From assembly GCA_963693365.1 (NCBI GenBank), contig CAVNZM010000003.1:186001-250000 (forward strand): a stretch of 64,000 nt of DNA. Reading direction: 5' to 3'. Below the pieces are notes generated by a model. That model worked only from the letters and a program-made list of their open reading frames with translations, did not search any database and was not told the origin of the DNA. Numbering within the stretch: the first letter of the stretch is position 1; every line of letters begins with the position of its first letter. Below are positions 38,075 through 64,000 of the stretch, one piece after another. This DNA comes from Amoebidium appalachense (lineage: Eukaryota > Protista > Ichthyosporea). The position numbers were made by a program, and so were the translations under genes.

Positions 38075-39250
38075 ACACACACACACACATACACACATGT
38101 GCGCACGGGCACACACACACACACACACACGCACACAAATCCTGGCTCACAATACACAGTAGTACACATACACATGCATGCACACACACACATACATATC
38201 ACACACACACATACACATAGACATTCCCATTTTTGTGCGTGCACACACACACACACGACCGTTTTTATAGCGCAAATCATCACATTATGGACGTGCATGC
38301 ATCACGGTGCATTGACAGCCCCCCCCCCCCCCCCCCCCCTCTCCTCCCCCCTCCACCTCCTCCATCGGGCAGCTTCTAATAAAAATATAAAATATAAAAT
38401 ATAAAATATAAAAATATAAAAACCATGAAGAAGCGAATAAATGGTAAACGGAACCATAAGAGACTGACCTTTTTAAGTGTTTGGACAGAGCCACCTGACG
38501 CTCGATTGGTACGGGGCTAGACAGGTTCTTGATTGAAACACCTGCAATATGACAACCAGTTAAATAATTAGATCTCCAATCATTTTATAATCTACAGAGC
38601 CGCCTCGTTACCACTCTAAATGCAAGGAAAATGGAATCGGTTATTCTTTTGCTCTGTTCATCCCACCTATTCAGGCTGACATATTCCTATTCTCGCAGGT
38701 GATTTACGAAGCCACCCTGTCCGTCAACAACACCAGCGACGTCACCGAGCTCATCACCAACCAGGAATACGTATTCCTTATTCACTACCGCAGGCAATTT
38801 CCCTGTGCATCGCACGCTATGGACAACACTGTGAGCATGTGGGGTGAACTATGTTTCAAAGACATGAATACGCTCACGAATATTCTTGGTGCACCCATGC
38901 ACGTGATGGTGATTCGGGAGGGCCTGGGAGAAACACAACATCTGCACGGATACGTGCCAAAAATGAATGGGGCATCCGGGGAGGGAACTGGCAATGAATC
39001 ACACGCATCACATGGGAAGAGCTCGCGGCGTAGAAACGTACGTAGGGTCAAACGTCAAGCTGACCATAGTGCGCATGAGAGCATGAACATGGATATGAGT
39101 GGGGCGGGTGATAAAAGAACGTTCAACACTTCTGAACTTGCGGTTTCTGTGAAGTTTGAGGTGGAGGGAAGTTACAAGCTGGTGGCTATGGCAAAGGATC
39201 AAGAGGGTGAGAGGGCGATACTTACTTCACACACCATTTATGTGTTCTAG
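35431..39250 (+). CDS. Secreted two-domain His/Met-rich protein, putative heavy-metal (Cu) binding, 4 exons
   Basis: Exons 35431-35590 (signal peptide MRTQLTLLLAFLLGAVLS), 36726-36998, 37779-37954 and 38699-39250 join in frame with GT-AG introns. Duplicated motif HDRYMHVVVVGEDLEQYTHVHP / LGAPMHVMVIREGLGETQHLHG, plus a His/Met loop (HASHG...DHSAHESMNMDM). The gene model is strong; the function is inferred. Confidence 0.75.
35960..36137 (+). repeat. Copy of the 25290-25435 repeat (intron of the secreted-protein gene)
   Basis: GGTCGAAACTC...GATGACTTGGGCCCTCCCTGAGGATGGGCTCTGCTTAT...GTACTTCGTACT...CGCATTCAA, then poly-C. Confidence 0.8.
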
Positions 39251-39620
39251 ATATACAATATTCCTGCTTTTTTATTGTTTATTCCTACTTTTTTTTAAGG
39301 TGTTCTAGATATAAATTTTAGGTTTTCTAGACATACCATTTAGGGTTCTATCAGAGGACTATTATTTGTGTGTTCTAGATGAACCATTTATGTGTTCTAG
39401 GCACTGCAATTATGAGTTCTAGGTAGACTATTCAGGGTTTCTAGATGTACAACTTATATGTTCTAGATATACATTAATATTTTCTGGAGATACAAGTTGT
39501 GTGTTCTAGATGTACCATTTCAGGGTTCTAGATACAACATTTATCTCAACGGTTCTGGACATACATTTTCGTTTTCCCATATATACCTTTTGGGATTCAA
39601 CTGTCGTGTATGTGGTCTAG
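39231..39620 (+). repeat. Degenerate ~22-bp minisatellite starting in the last codons of the secreted-protein gene
   Basis: Recurrent ACCATTTATGTGTTCTAGA-like units, for example 39233-39250 and 39383-39400. Confidence 0.8.
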
Positions 39621-39972
39621 GATTTATGTGTTTTAGACACGCCGCACATGTATTATAGCCGTGTATTCAAGATTTCATATGACTGTCAAACATGCGAGGG
39701 CCTGCGCATTTGTTTTCCCAATGGGGATACGGGCGATTTGTGTACATAGTGGGGAGGAAAAAATTAATGTTATAACCGAGATGATATGGCTTTTTGTTGG
39801 CCACGTATTTCTTTCCGTGTTTGATTTAACATACTCTCTTGATATCTTTCAAAAACTTGGATACGAATGTTTGTAAGAGTGTTTCGAAGTGACTCAATAA
39901 ACTTTTGCGGATATGAAATGCAAACAATGGACTTCGGCACCGTATAGAAATCCCCCGAGGGACGAGGAGAAC

Positions 39973-40053
<81 letters not shown>

Positions 40054-40640
40054 CGCGCGCGCTTGTGTGTGTTTGTGTGCGTGCGTGCGTGCTGCATGTT
40101 CATTAAGTCACCGAGGGAAGGGGGGGGGGGGGGGGGGGGGGGGATTATGCTTTTGGTTGTGGTTTTTATTTATGCTTTCCCGTGTAAATGGGTGACACTG
40201 GTCGAACCTGCTTCCTTCCACATTAGAGGAAAGACTGGTCAGCATGCAAAGGAGTTCATTGACACTGTGACACACCCACATGACTACATGGGGCCAAAAA
40301 AAGTCTATTTCCGCCACTGAGGTTAGAGGGCGGCCAGCTAGCCTGAGATATCCAATACACACTGCAAAGGTCCGACACACTGCTTGAAGGCCAATTGCAT
40401 TGAGTAGGAAGAACAGCCTGAACGCCGTGCGGGAACGTTCAAAGTTGGGGCTGGCCACCCAATAGACCCAAGGGCTGCTTCCAGAAAGGTGGAATGCACA
40501 CTGCCTGGGATGTGATTGTGGGATCCAGGGGTACGTACACAAACAGGGGGAAAAAAAGGAAGAAAGACTAAGAAAGTAACAGGAAAAAGGAAAAACAAAA
40601 AGAGAAAAAGTCAGTGTTTAAACGTACGCAAGGGCGCTTT

Positions 40641-41011
40641 TTTATCGGCATGTGTAAGCTTTAGCACGACCATCGTGTGTGAATACTTGAAAGCTTAAGT
40701 GGTCGATATGAAACAAGGTCATTGCGAGGCTGAGTGAATTGCTTTTCCGAATCCCTAGTCACTGGCTATGCTTTTTCTGTCTTATCTTAGTGCCGGTTGC
40801 ACTAAATAGCATGATGATGTCTGGGTAATACTCGGCACATAATGGTGTTATTTAGTGCAACCGGCACAAAGATAAGACGACAAAGGCATCCCTGATGACT
40901 AATGATTCTGGAAAGCCTTGAATTCATTCAGCATTGCAATGACATTGCCCACATTAATGCCACATTTATTCACACATAATGTTCGTGCTATAGTTAACAC
41001 AGGTTGATAAA
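40641..41011. repeat. ~370-bp imperfect palindrome (foldback element / long hairpin)
   Basis: GTCTTATCTTAGTGCCGGTTGCACTAAATA pairs with TATTTAGTGCAACCGGCACAAAGATAAGAC. Pairing extends outward to TAGCACGACCATCGTGTGTGAATA / TATTCACACATAATGTTCGTGCTA. Confidence 0.9.
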
Positions 41012-41298
41012 TGCAAATGAGCTTTTCTTTTTGTGGTTATTTTTATCCCTCGATTCTTCAGTTTTTCAAGTATTTTTGTTTTCGAGTTTTTTTATTTTAT
41101 TTCATTTCATTTTATTTTATTTTATTTTCAGTTATTTTATTTATATTGGGGGGGGGGGGGGGGGGGGCTGTGTGGGAAGGCAGCTGGTGGAAGGGTCGGC
41201 GGGAGGGGGGGGGGGGGGGGGAGGGGGGGGGAGGGGTTGAACAGGCGAAGTAAGAGTGGGGAAGGGGGGAGAGGGGAGGGGGGGGAGGGGGGGGAGGG

Positions 41299-42699
<1,401 letters not shown>

Positions 42700-43012
42700 A
42701 TGATTCTCTGCCTGGGTCTCCCTCCCTCCCTCCATCCCTCCCTCTCCCTGCCTCTTTCTCCCCCCCCCCCCCCCTCCCCCCCCCCCCCCCCCCCCGGGAA
42801 TTCTCATTATGAAGAGATGCTCTCCCTCTACATCTTCTTGCCTCCCTCCTTCCATCCTCCCCCCCACCCCAAAACCCCCCTCTCAATACTCTGCTACGAA
42901 GTATTCCAGCTTCCGCCCAACCCTCCATTATCACCCTGGAATGTCGACGTCTACCTTCTGCCCTCCCCCCCCCCCTCCCCCCCCCCCCCCCCCCCCCCCC
43001 CGTGCCCATCTC

Positions 43013-43077
<65 letters not shown>

Positions 43078-44189
43078 CATACGTTGAGTAGCTTTGTATT
43101 ACAAGTTGTTGTGTTTTGATTGGTCTGAAAACACTTAGGCTACACTTTAGCTTGTCATGTGTGAATCATAGCTTAGTCAACCACTTTAGTTTTGTGTGTT
43201 GCCGTGCTGTTACCAATCAGTAGACTTATTCAGAAAGTGTCTGAGCCTTTGCAGCTGTTGATAGGTTAGAAACATAAACCACAGCCCCCTCTTTCCTCGT
43301 TACTTTTACACCTCAATACTTGCTAGTAGCTGTGACCTATGGTGTGCGTTCCTGTGTCGCCGGATCTATCCTGGCAATAATCAGTTCATTGTGATTGGTT
43401 ATTTTTGACATGGATCTGATTTCCGACTGGTCGGAAATCATGTGTTGATTTGACTTAGGATTCACAAATATATATACGAAATCTCCATTGACTTCGTTAG
43501 TCGTGTCTAAACATTGATGTCTGTTGTGTACACTGCTCCGATCGTTCCGTGTTTTTGTTGTTGTGTGTCTGTGGTGTTTTTACACTGCACCACCGTGTCT
43601 CTGCTTTACTTCCCAGTCTCAAATACTTATAAAAATTTACAGTCCCGTCATTCTGGTTTATATACCTTCATAGCTGAGAGAGCTAAGATATCATTGGGTA
43701 ACGCATAATCCAATCGGAACTAAGCTAAGTAATAAACCAATCAGATCACCTTCTAAGAATGTTCTGTACGAATCAGGAATATGAATACATTGATCCGGAT
43801 CTTGAATAGATCCCGGCGGTACGCTAGTGTATGCACACAAGTCACACTATCGTAACAGTCCCCTTGTGATGTAGGTGTGTAGATATTATACAAGTATAAA
43901 AGAAATACTATCTATAGTACACAGCAGAGCACACTATCATCTAATATGTTACAAACATATTCATATTCTTATTCTAATACTCATATTCTTATTTAACCTG
44001 AATAGTACAAGTGCAGTGTTTTTCATGTAAGTACAACTTTTGTCGAAGGAAAGCCAGATCACGTTGGTAGTCCAAATCGGCTCGCCGGGGCCCTTGACTA
44101 CTCAGAGATCGACATGAAGATCACTAGTACTCACTAGTAACGGTGGATGGAAGTGCCAGCTGTGCTGGTGTGCGACATGAAGAGCCTTG

Positions 44190-45564
44190 AATTCCAGCTA
44201 GCTTCTTGCACATCAGTAGCTGTTGTAGACCAACGGACTTGGTGAGCATATCTGCTGCTTGCTGGTTGGTGGGTATGTAGACAAGCTCGGTGTCCTTCTT
44301 ATTGTTGACAATCATGCAGACGTACAAGGTGGTACTTGATGGCTATGTGCTTGGTGCGGTTGAATAGCTCGGGATTCTTGCCTATCTTGATGGCAGCTTG
44401 GTTGTCTTCGAGTAGAACTGTAGGTCCAGTAACAATGAAGCCGAAATCCCGAATGAGTTGCCTAAGCCATAGACATCCCTTGGTGGCAGGGGCAGCAGCG
44501 ATGTACTCAGCCTCAACTGTGCTGTCTGCGACAACTGTCTGTAGTTTGCTGCTCCAACCAATGGCTCCGTGTGCTATGGTGAAAATAAAGCCTGAAGTGG
44601 AATGTTGGGTGTCTATGTCACCGGCCCAGTCTGCATCGGTGTAGCCAAGTATGCGTCCGTGTAGTGACTTGTCCACAGGGCGTAGACAATGCCGTGGTTG
44701 AAAGTTGACTTGACGTAACGCAGAAGACGCTTGGCAGCGTTGAGATGTGCCTGGCCTGGATTCTTGTTGTAGCGGGCAAGCACAGACACAGGGAAATACA
44801 GGTCGGGTCGAGTGTTGTTTTGTACGGGTCTAAGGGAGCAGAGTGCACAGAGGTGTCATGTAAAACACGACTAACACATTAATGAGAGGGCAATCGGAGT
44901 TGTTCACGAGACATTGAAAGATTCAAACAACAACTGATTCTTTATTGTGCTCTCGGTTCCTTTTGTACTTGCGACTTATCATCTTATCACAACTAAAGAG
45001 GGAGAACCAATCGGTTCTATCAGGAGATAGAAAAACACATTCCGACAGAGCATACGCATTCCAACTTCCGATAAAACTAAAGTTTAGAAACTCTTACTTA
45101 ATTAAATTAAGTAATTATACATCTAGTCACTATTAACTCACATATAAATTTATGTTCGTCTCTATAAAGAAACTTATTTAAATATATATATTTCCTAATA
45201 GTCGACACTCTCAAAGTGAAGACACATTGCAATAAACCGAATTCCATATATATCTATTGTCCAATCACAACACACATATATTAATAGACAGGAATGCACA
45301 ACACGATCTACAGATGTACTCGCTCGCGACCATTGGAGAGCCATCCTCTTTGAGAACAAAACTACTAAGCCATTTTGAAATAAAGGAAAGACAACGAGTG
45401 TAGCTAGCCAATCACGCTACCTCTCAGATAAACAGAGGAGAGCAAACAGAAATAAAAATACAAAAAGTTCTTATCAGGCAAGAGAGCCAGGTGTGCACAG
45501 ATCTACAGATATCTGTGCTCACAGAAACAAGGGAGAGAGAGATACGGGGGGGGGGGGGGGGGGG

Positions 45565-45620
<56 letters not shown>

Positions 45621-46910
45621 AAAGAGCACAAAGAAGGAAAGCAGACACGAATACAAACAAGCTAAAACACATACATACTTCAAGGCTCTTGCTGTCATAC
45701 ATGGTGACGTATTCCAACATCGAGTCCATGTGGCGAGGTACTACTGAAGACTTCCAACAATGGACTGGTACTCGGACACATGGGTGCCATCTTGAGCTTG
45801 TCCTCCTCCGTGGTAGGTGACTGGTAGCTGCAGAGCTTGTCCAGTGTCATGGGAGTGTCGATGGGCTTGGCCTCGTCCATGCCAAAACGCTGCAAAACTC
45901 GGTTGCTGTAGGCAGTCTGGTGAATCTTGATGCGACCGTCGTGCAGTTTGGAAATCTCCACACCGAGGAAGCACTCAGCAAGGGGCTGGTACTTGACCTT
46001 AAAGAACTTGCTGGGTTCCACATGTAGGGAATCAGCAGCAGCCTGTGTGGGGGTGGAGACTAGCGGATCGTCTACGTGGGTGGTGATGATGACCATGTCG
46101 TCCCCTGTGCCTCGGATATAGCAGCAGGGGTCAGCCGGTGTCTGCACGAACTTGAGCTGGTAGAGAGCATCAGAGAGAGTATTCCCCCATGCTCGGGCTG
46201 ACTGCTTGAGACCGTAGATGGCTTTGTTGAGCTTGCACACAAAGTGCTCTTTGCCTGGTTGGATGAACCCCTCCGGCTGCTCAATGTAGATCTCCTCCTC
46301 CAGCTTAGAGTTGAGAAAAGCTATGTCGAAGTCATATGTTGCCAGATGACGTCCCTTTGCAGCTGCATCTGCTATGAGAAGACGTGTGGTAGTGGGGTGA
46401 GCTGTGGGAGAGAAGGTCTCGTCGTAATCCACTAGGTGGCGCCGAACACCCCCTACTAGTAGTCTTGATTAATTTCCGGCCCGGTGGTAATTCCACCAGT
46501 GTGTAAGTTTCGTTAGTGAGCAGGGAGGTGCTCAACTTTGGCGGCAGTCATCCACTCGTCATGTTGCGGAGAATTCAGCGCAGCTTTGTAGCTGTTGGGT
46601 ACTTGGATGTCGCTCACGAAATAGGTGGATGGCTCAGCATTTGCTGTAGTAGTGGCAATAAGTGCACTTAGCTGCCTAGCCTCGTGCAGGGCACCCTTGC
46701 CTCGTCCTTGATGCACCAATTGGTTGAAGACTCGGCCACTCCGTGTTGCTGGGGGCTGATGGTGCGATGCGATTGGTGGAGCATCTTCGCTGGAATTTTC
46801 CTTGCTGAAGTTCACACGTTTGGAAGGAGGCTTGATGGGGGTGTCTGCGTCTTCCTGACGTTGTCTCTTTGTAAGATGAGTGTGGGTGACTGTGTGGTGC
46901 ACTGCAGCTG
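44190..46910 (-). mobile_element. Decayed Ty1/copia LTR retrotransposon fragment (RT + RNase H), interrupted by a solo LTR
   Basis: RT motifs DYDETFSP, DFDIAFLNS, KAIYGLKQSARAW, THVDD, FLGVEI (45725-46500). RNase H GYTDADWAGD, STSG, STVEAEY, EDNQAAI, RTKHI, QQAADMLTK (44190-44680). Frameshifts, a stop and an internal deletion are present; no gag or integrase seen. Confidence 0.93.
44813..45719. mobile_element. Solo LTR (907 bp) nested in copia RT
   Basis: Ends are TGTTG...CAACA, flanked by a perfect 5-bp duplication TCGAG (44808-44812 and 45720-45724). Removing it restores copia W-T-R-P-D. Confidence 0.85.
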
Positions 46911-47682
46911 GCGTTTAGGGGGTCGGCGTGAAGATTGGGACAGGAGGAAAGGACATCTCCAGCCATGAGGAAATTTACCAGCCAATACAATCTAATTGAA
47001 TCCAGACATCAACTGCTGTCCTATCTATGAATAGATATAATTTACAAAGCATTCAATTTGGAGGTCGTCATTCAGTGGATAAACAGTGTCTCATCGCTGC
47101 GTGATCGATGGGACTGAGTTTTATTCAGAATGCCCCACTTCAGTGTGTACTCGACTTATGTACAAAATGCATTTTTCGTTATCTAAAAATCTTTGATCAT
47201 GAAAACTTCGACAACCCCCCCCCCCCCCCCCCCCCCCCTAGCTCCCTCTTACTGGGCTCAGCAGTTTGCCAGAAACAGGCTGTCTGGCCTTTGGAACCCT
47301 CTCACGTCCTTATTACGCGTGTTAATCTATGTGGGTGGTAAAACTAATCAAAGAAAAGAAAAGTATGTCGAAAAAGTGCAAAAAAAACGTACGAAGTAGG
47401 TGCATAATGGTGTCGCTATCACATGTGTTTGCCAAGCAGTGCTATGTATAGCTACTCTTACACAACACCGCCGGCACATGCCTAAGCCCATATACCCGAA
47501 CTAATGGACCAATAGTTTCATAGCCAAATGTATAGCTGTAGGACTGCGCACATGTTAAGCTACCCTAACAAAAGAAATTGTATGAATCAGAGCACCGGAC
47601 ACGATTCCATGACACCCATGCACACCTACGCCTTTAATAAGCAAACAACGTCACCCTACCGTTAGCACACAGCACTGTCCCC

Positions 47683-62130
<14,448 letters not shown>

Positions 62131-62380
62131 TCTCGCTCTGCCTTTCTTCCCCACGTTTCTCTTTGAGCGGGTACTGCTACATATGCCTGTTTCATCACCT
62201 AACTAACTTTCTTATGAAACATAGCTCTCTCTACCAACAACAGCGCATAAAATAGCACTTTCTTCCTGCGCGATTATAGGTAACTTTTATCTGAAGGCAA
62301 ATAGTGAACTGTGTAAATGCAGGAGGGATGCAAGGAGTGAAAGGATGTAACCGGCAGCGGTCGTGTCTTCAGGATTCACT

Positions 62381-62405
62381 TGATTGGCTAATTAGCGCGC
62401 CAAAA
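62381..62405 (-). promoter_or_regulatory. E2F-type site plus CCAAT box upstream of RFC1
   Basis: Minus-strand TTTTGGCGCGC (62395-62405) and CCAAT (62383-62387), ~260 bp upstream of the ATG. Confidence 0.5.
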
Positions 62406-62884
62406 ATCCATATTTGGTTAAATTAGGCGGCAAGTAACATTTGTGATCTTTGAGCCCTGTGATTCGTCAATTGTGATGTCAGTGATTGTGAGGAAAGGAC
62501 GAAAGCACAGGACGTTACATATAAATAGCAACCACAATCTATCTCTCATCCATATCTCTAAAGTCTTTTGAAATCGATTTTATTTTTTATTTTTCTTTGA
62601 TGTATAGCTACTATGTTCGCAGGCTTTAGTAGGCCAGGAACAGGGCATACCTGATCATCCTGGGACAATTGATTGCGGTGGAATATGATTGGCTAATGCT
62701 AACTGGGGTACGCGAATATTTTATAGTCTAAGCCTATTACGTCACTTTGTTTAATTGAAAGCCTGAAAAACAAATATCGTTTTAGACTACAACCACCACA
62801 CAACTCCAAAACAAACCAAAACTTTGTGACGGTTGAAACCAGACACCAGCATTTGTGCATGGTTTTGTACATGAAGAACCTCAC

Positions 62885-63148
62885 ACGTACTGACGGTGTG
62901 CACGCGCTGCGATGAACTTAACGTTCGCTGCAGACGGGCCTTACACTCTCGCGACCGCGTGCATGCTTTCTGTCGCGGCGCCTCGACGGTTCGATAGAGT
63001 CCAGTGTTCGCTGAATGTGTAAGGAAAAATAAGGAGCCATCTCTGTAGGTGGCAGATGAAGAACGTGCTTGTAGATTAGTTCACTCTAGTAAAACTAAAA
63101 GCAAACAGCGAGACAGTCAAGCTTCATTGGGCCTTTAGCGCCTTTCCT
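62885..63148 (-). repeat. Inverted copy of the 33629-33932 repeat
   Basis: CCTTACACTCTCGCGACCGCGTGCATGCTTTC...AGAGTCCAGTGTTCGCTG is the reverse complement of 33722-33796; the copy ends CCT|TTAA. Confidence 0.75.
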
Positions 63149-63719
63149 TTAAGAGCTTTATTGCTCACTCATTTTTGTAGATCCCGTTTTGAAGCACAAA
63201 CATCACATTCAAGGAACACACAGCCAAATAGGTAGCTATGAGCTTGTACTGCATAAATGTCGTGTTAGATTATAGCCATAAGTAGAGCCACACCGTGAGT
63301 GTGTCGCCGCTCTCTTCCCCGCTGGTGCGCCTATATTTAGTATAGCACCATGGTTGCGCCACAAATAGCCCTGGAGGTGTGGCCTAAGCACAGCCTCATA
63401 ACTTACCTGGTGAGTGCCCCAGTTGGTTTCCGTTTTAATTCTTGGTGGCAGTGTGTGTGTGCTTTTATGTGGGCGCATGAGTCCTTGGTGGTGTTGTGGG
63501 GACGGAGGGTAGAAGGCAGGGGCAAAAGAAGGGGGAGGGGGGCCGGGGGAGAGTGAGAGAGAGAGTGTTGTGTGGGGGAGAGAGGGGACGGGGCAGCTGA
63601 GAGAGAGATCCTTACACACGCACACACAAACACACACACACAAACACACCCAAAAAGAGGGAGAGAGATAAAGAGAGGGAAGGAGAGCGATAGAGGGCGG
63701 GAGGGCGGGGAGAGAGAGA

Positions 63720-63768
<49 letters not shown>

Positions 63769-63805
63769 GGAGAGCGAGAGAGAGAGGGAGAGCGAGAGAG
63801 AGAGG

Positions 63806-63847
<42 letters not shown>

Positions 63848-64000
63848 GTGAGTGAGAGAGAGAGGGAGAGGGAGAGGGAGAGGGAGAGGGAGAGGGAGAG
63901 GGAGAGGGGGAGGGGGAGGGGGAGGGGGAGGGGGAGGGGGGAGGGGGGAGGGGGAGGGGGAGGGGGAGGGGGAGGGAGGGAGAGAGAGAGAGAGAGAGAG

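Noticed and set aside
40108-40542. 144-aa minus-strand ORF of non-repetitive sequence
   Set aside because: No recognisable motif or exon partners; possibly a decayed element.
40892-40915. CTGATGA...GAAA hammerhead-like core
   Set aside because: No convincing stem II, and the sequence is explained as an arm of the large palindrome.
43200-43866. 3' LTR of the copia element after a PPT-like AAGGGGAC|TGTTAC
   Set aside because: The start at 43857 is plausible, but no second LTR or far boundary can be defined.

Overview
Intron-rich eukaryotic DNA, probably from a microbial eukaryote (taxon not determinable here), saturated with microsatellites and long poly-C/poly-G tracts. Almost all entries in the ORF track are artefacts of these repeats. 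Four spliced genes can be rebuilt by hand: a sucrose/SLC45-type MFS sugar transporter (+, ~21 exons, 5655-19645), a CNNM/DUF21-CBS metal-transport protein (-, 20871-~30921), a secreted two-domain His/Met-rich putative metal-binding protein (+, 4 exons, 35431-39250) and RFC1 (-, ~27 exons, 47683-62130, with one GC-AG intron). Mobile DNA includes a decayed Ty1/copia fragment split by a solo LTR with a 5-bp TSD, several MITEs (hAT-, Harbinger- and Kolobok-like), a tRNA-derived SINE-like repeat and a ~370-bp foldback palindrome. An intronic repeat family looks like Penelope-type remnants carrying an atypical hammerhead-like motif. Splice sites are unusual: weak donors followed at once by homopolymer tracts, acceptors made of (CA)n, and minisatellites seeded on a donor, an acceptor and a stop codon. 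All exon models and alignments were read by eye and may be off by a few nt.
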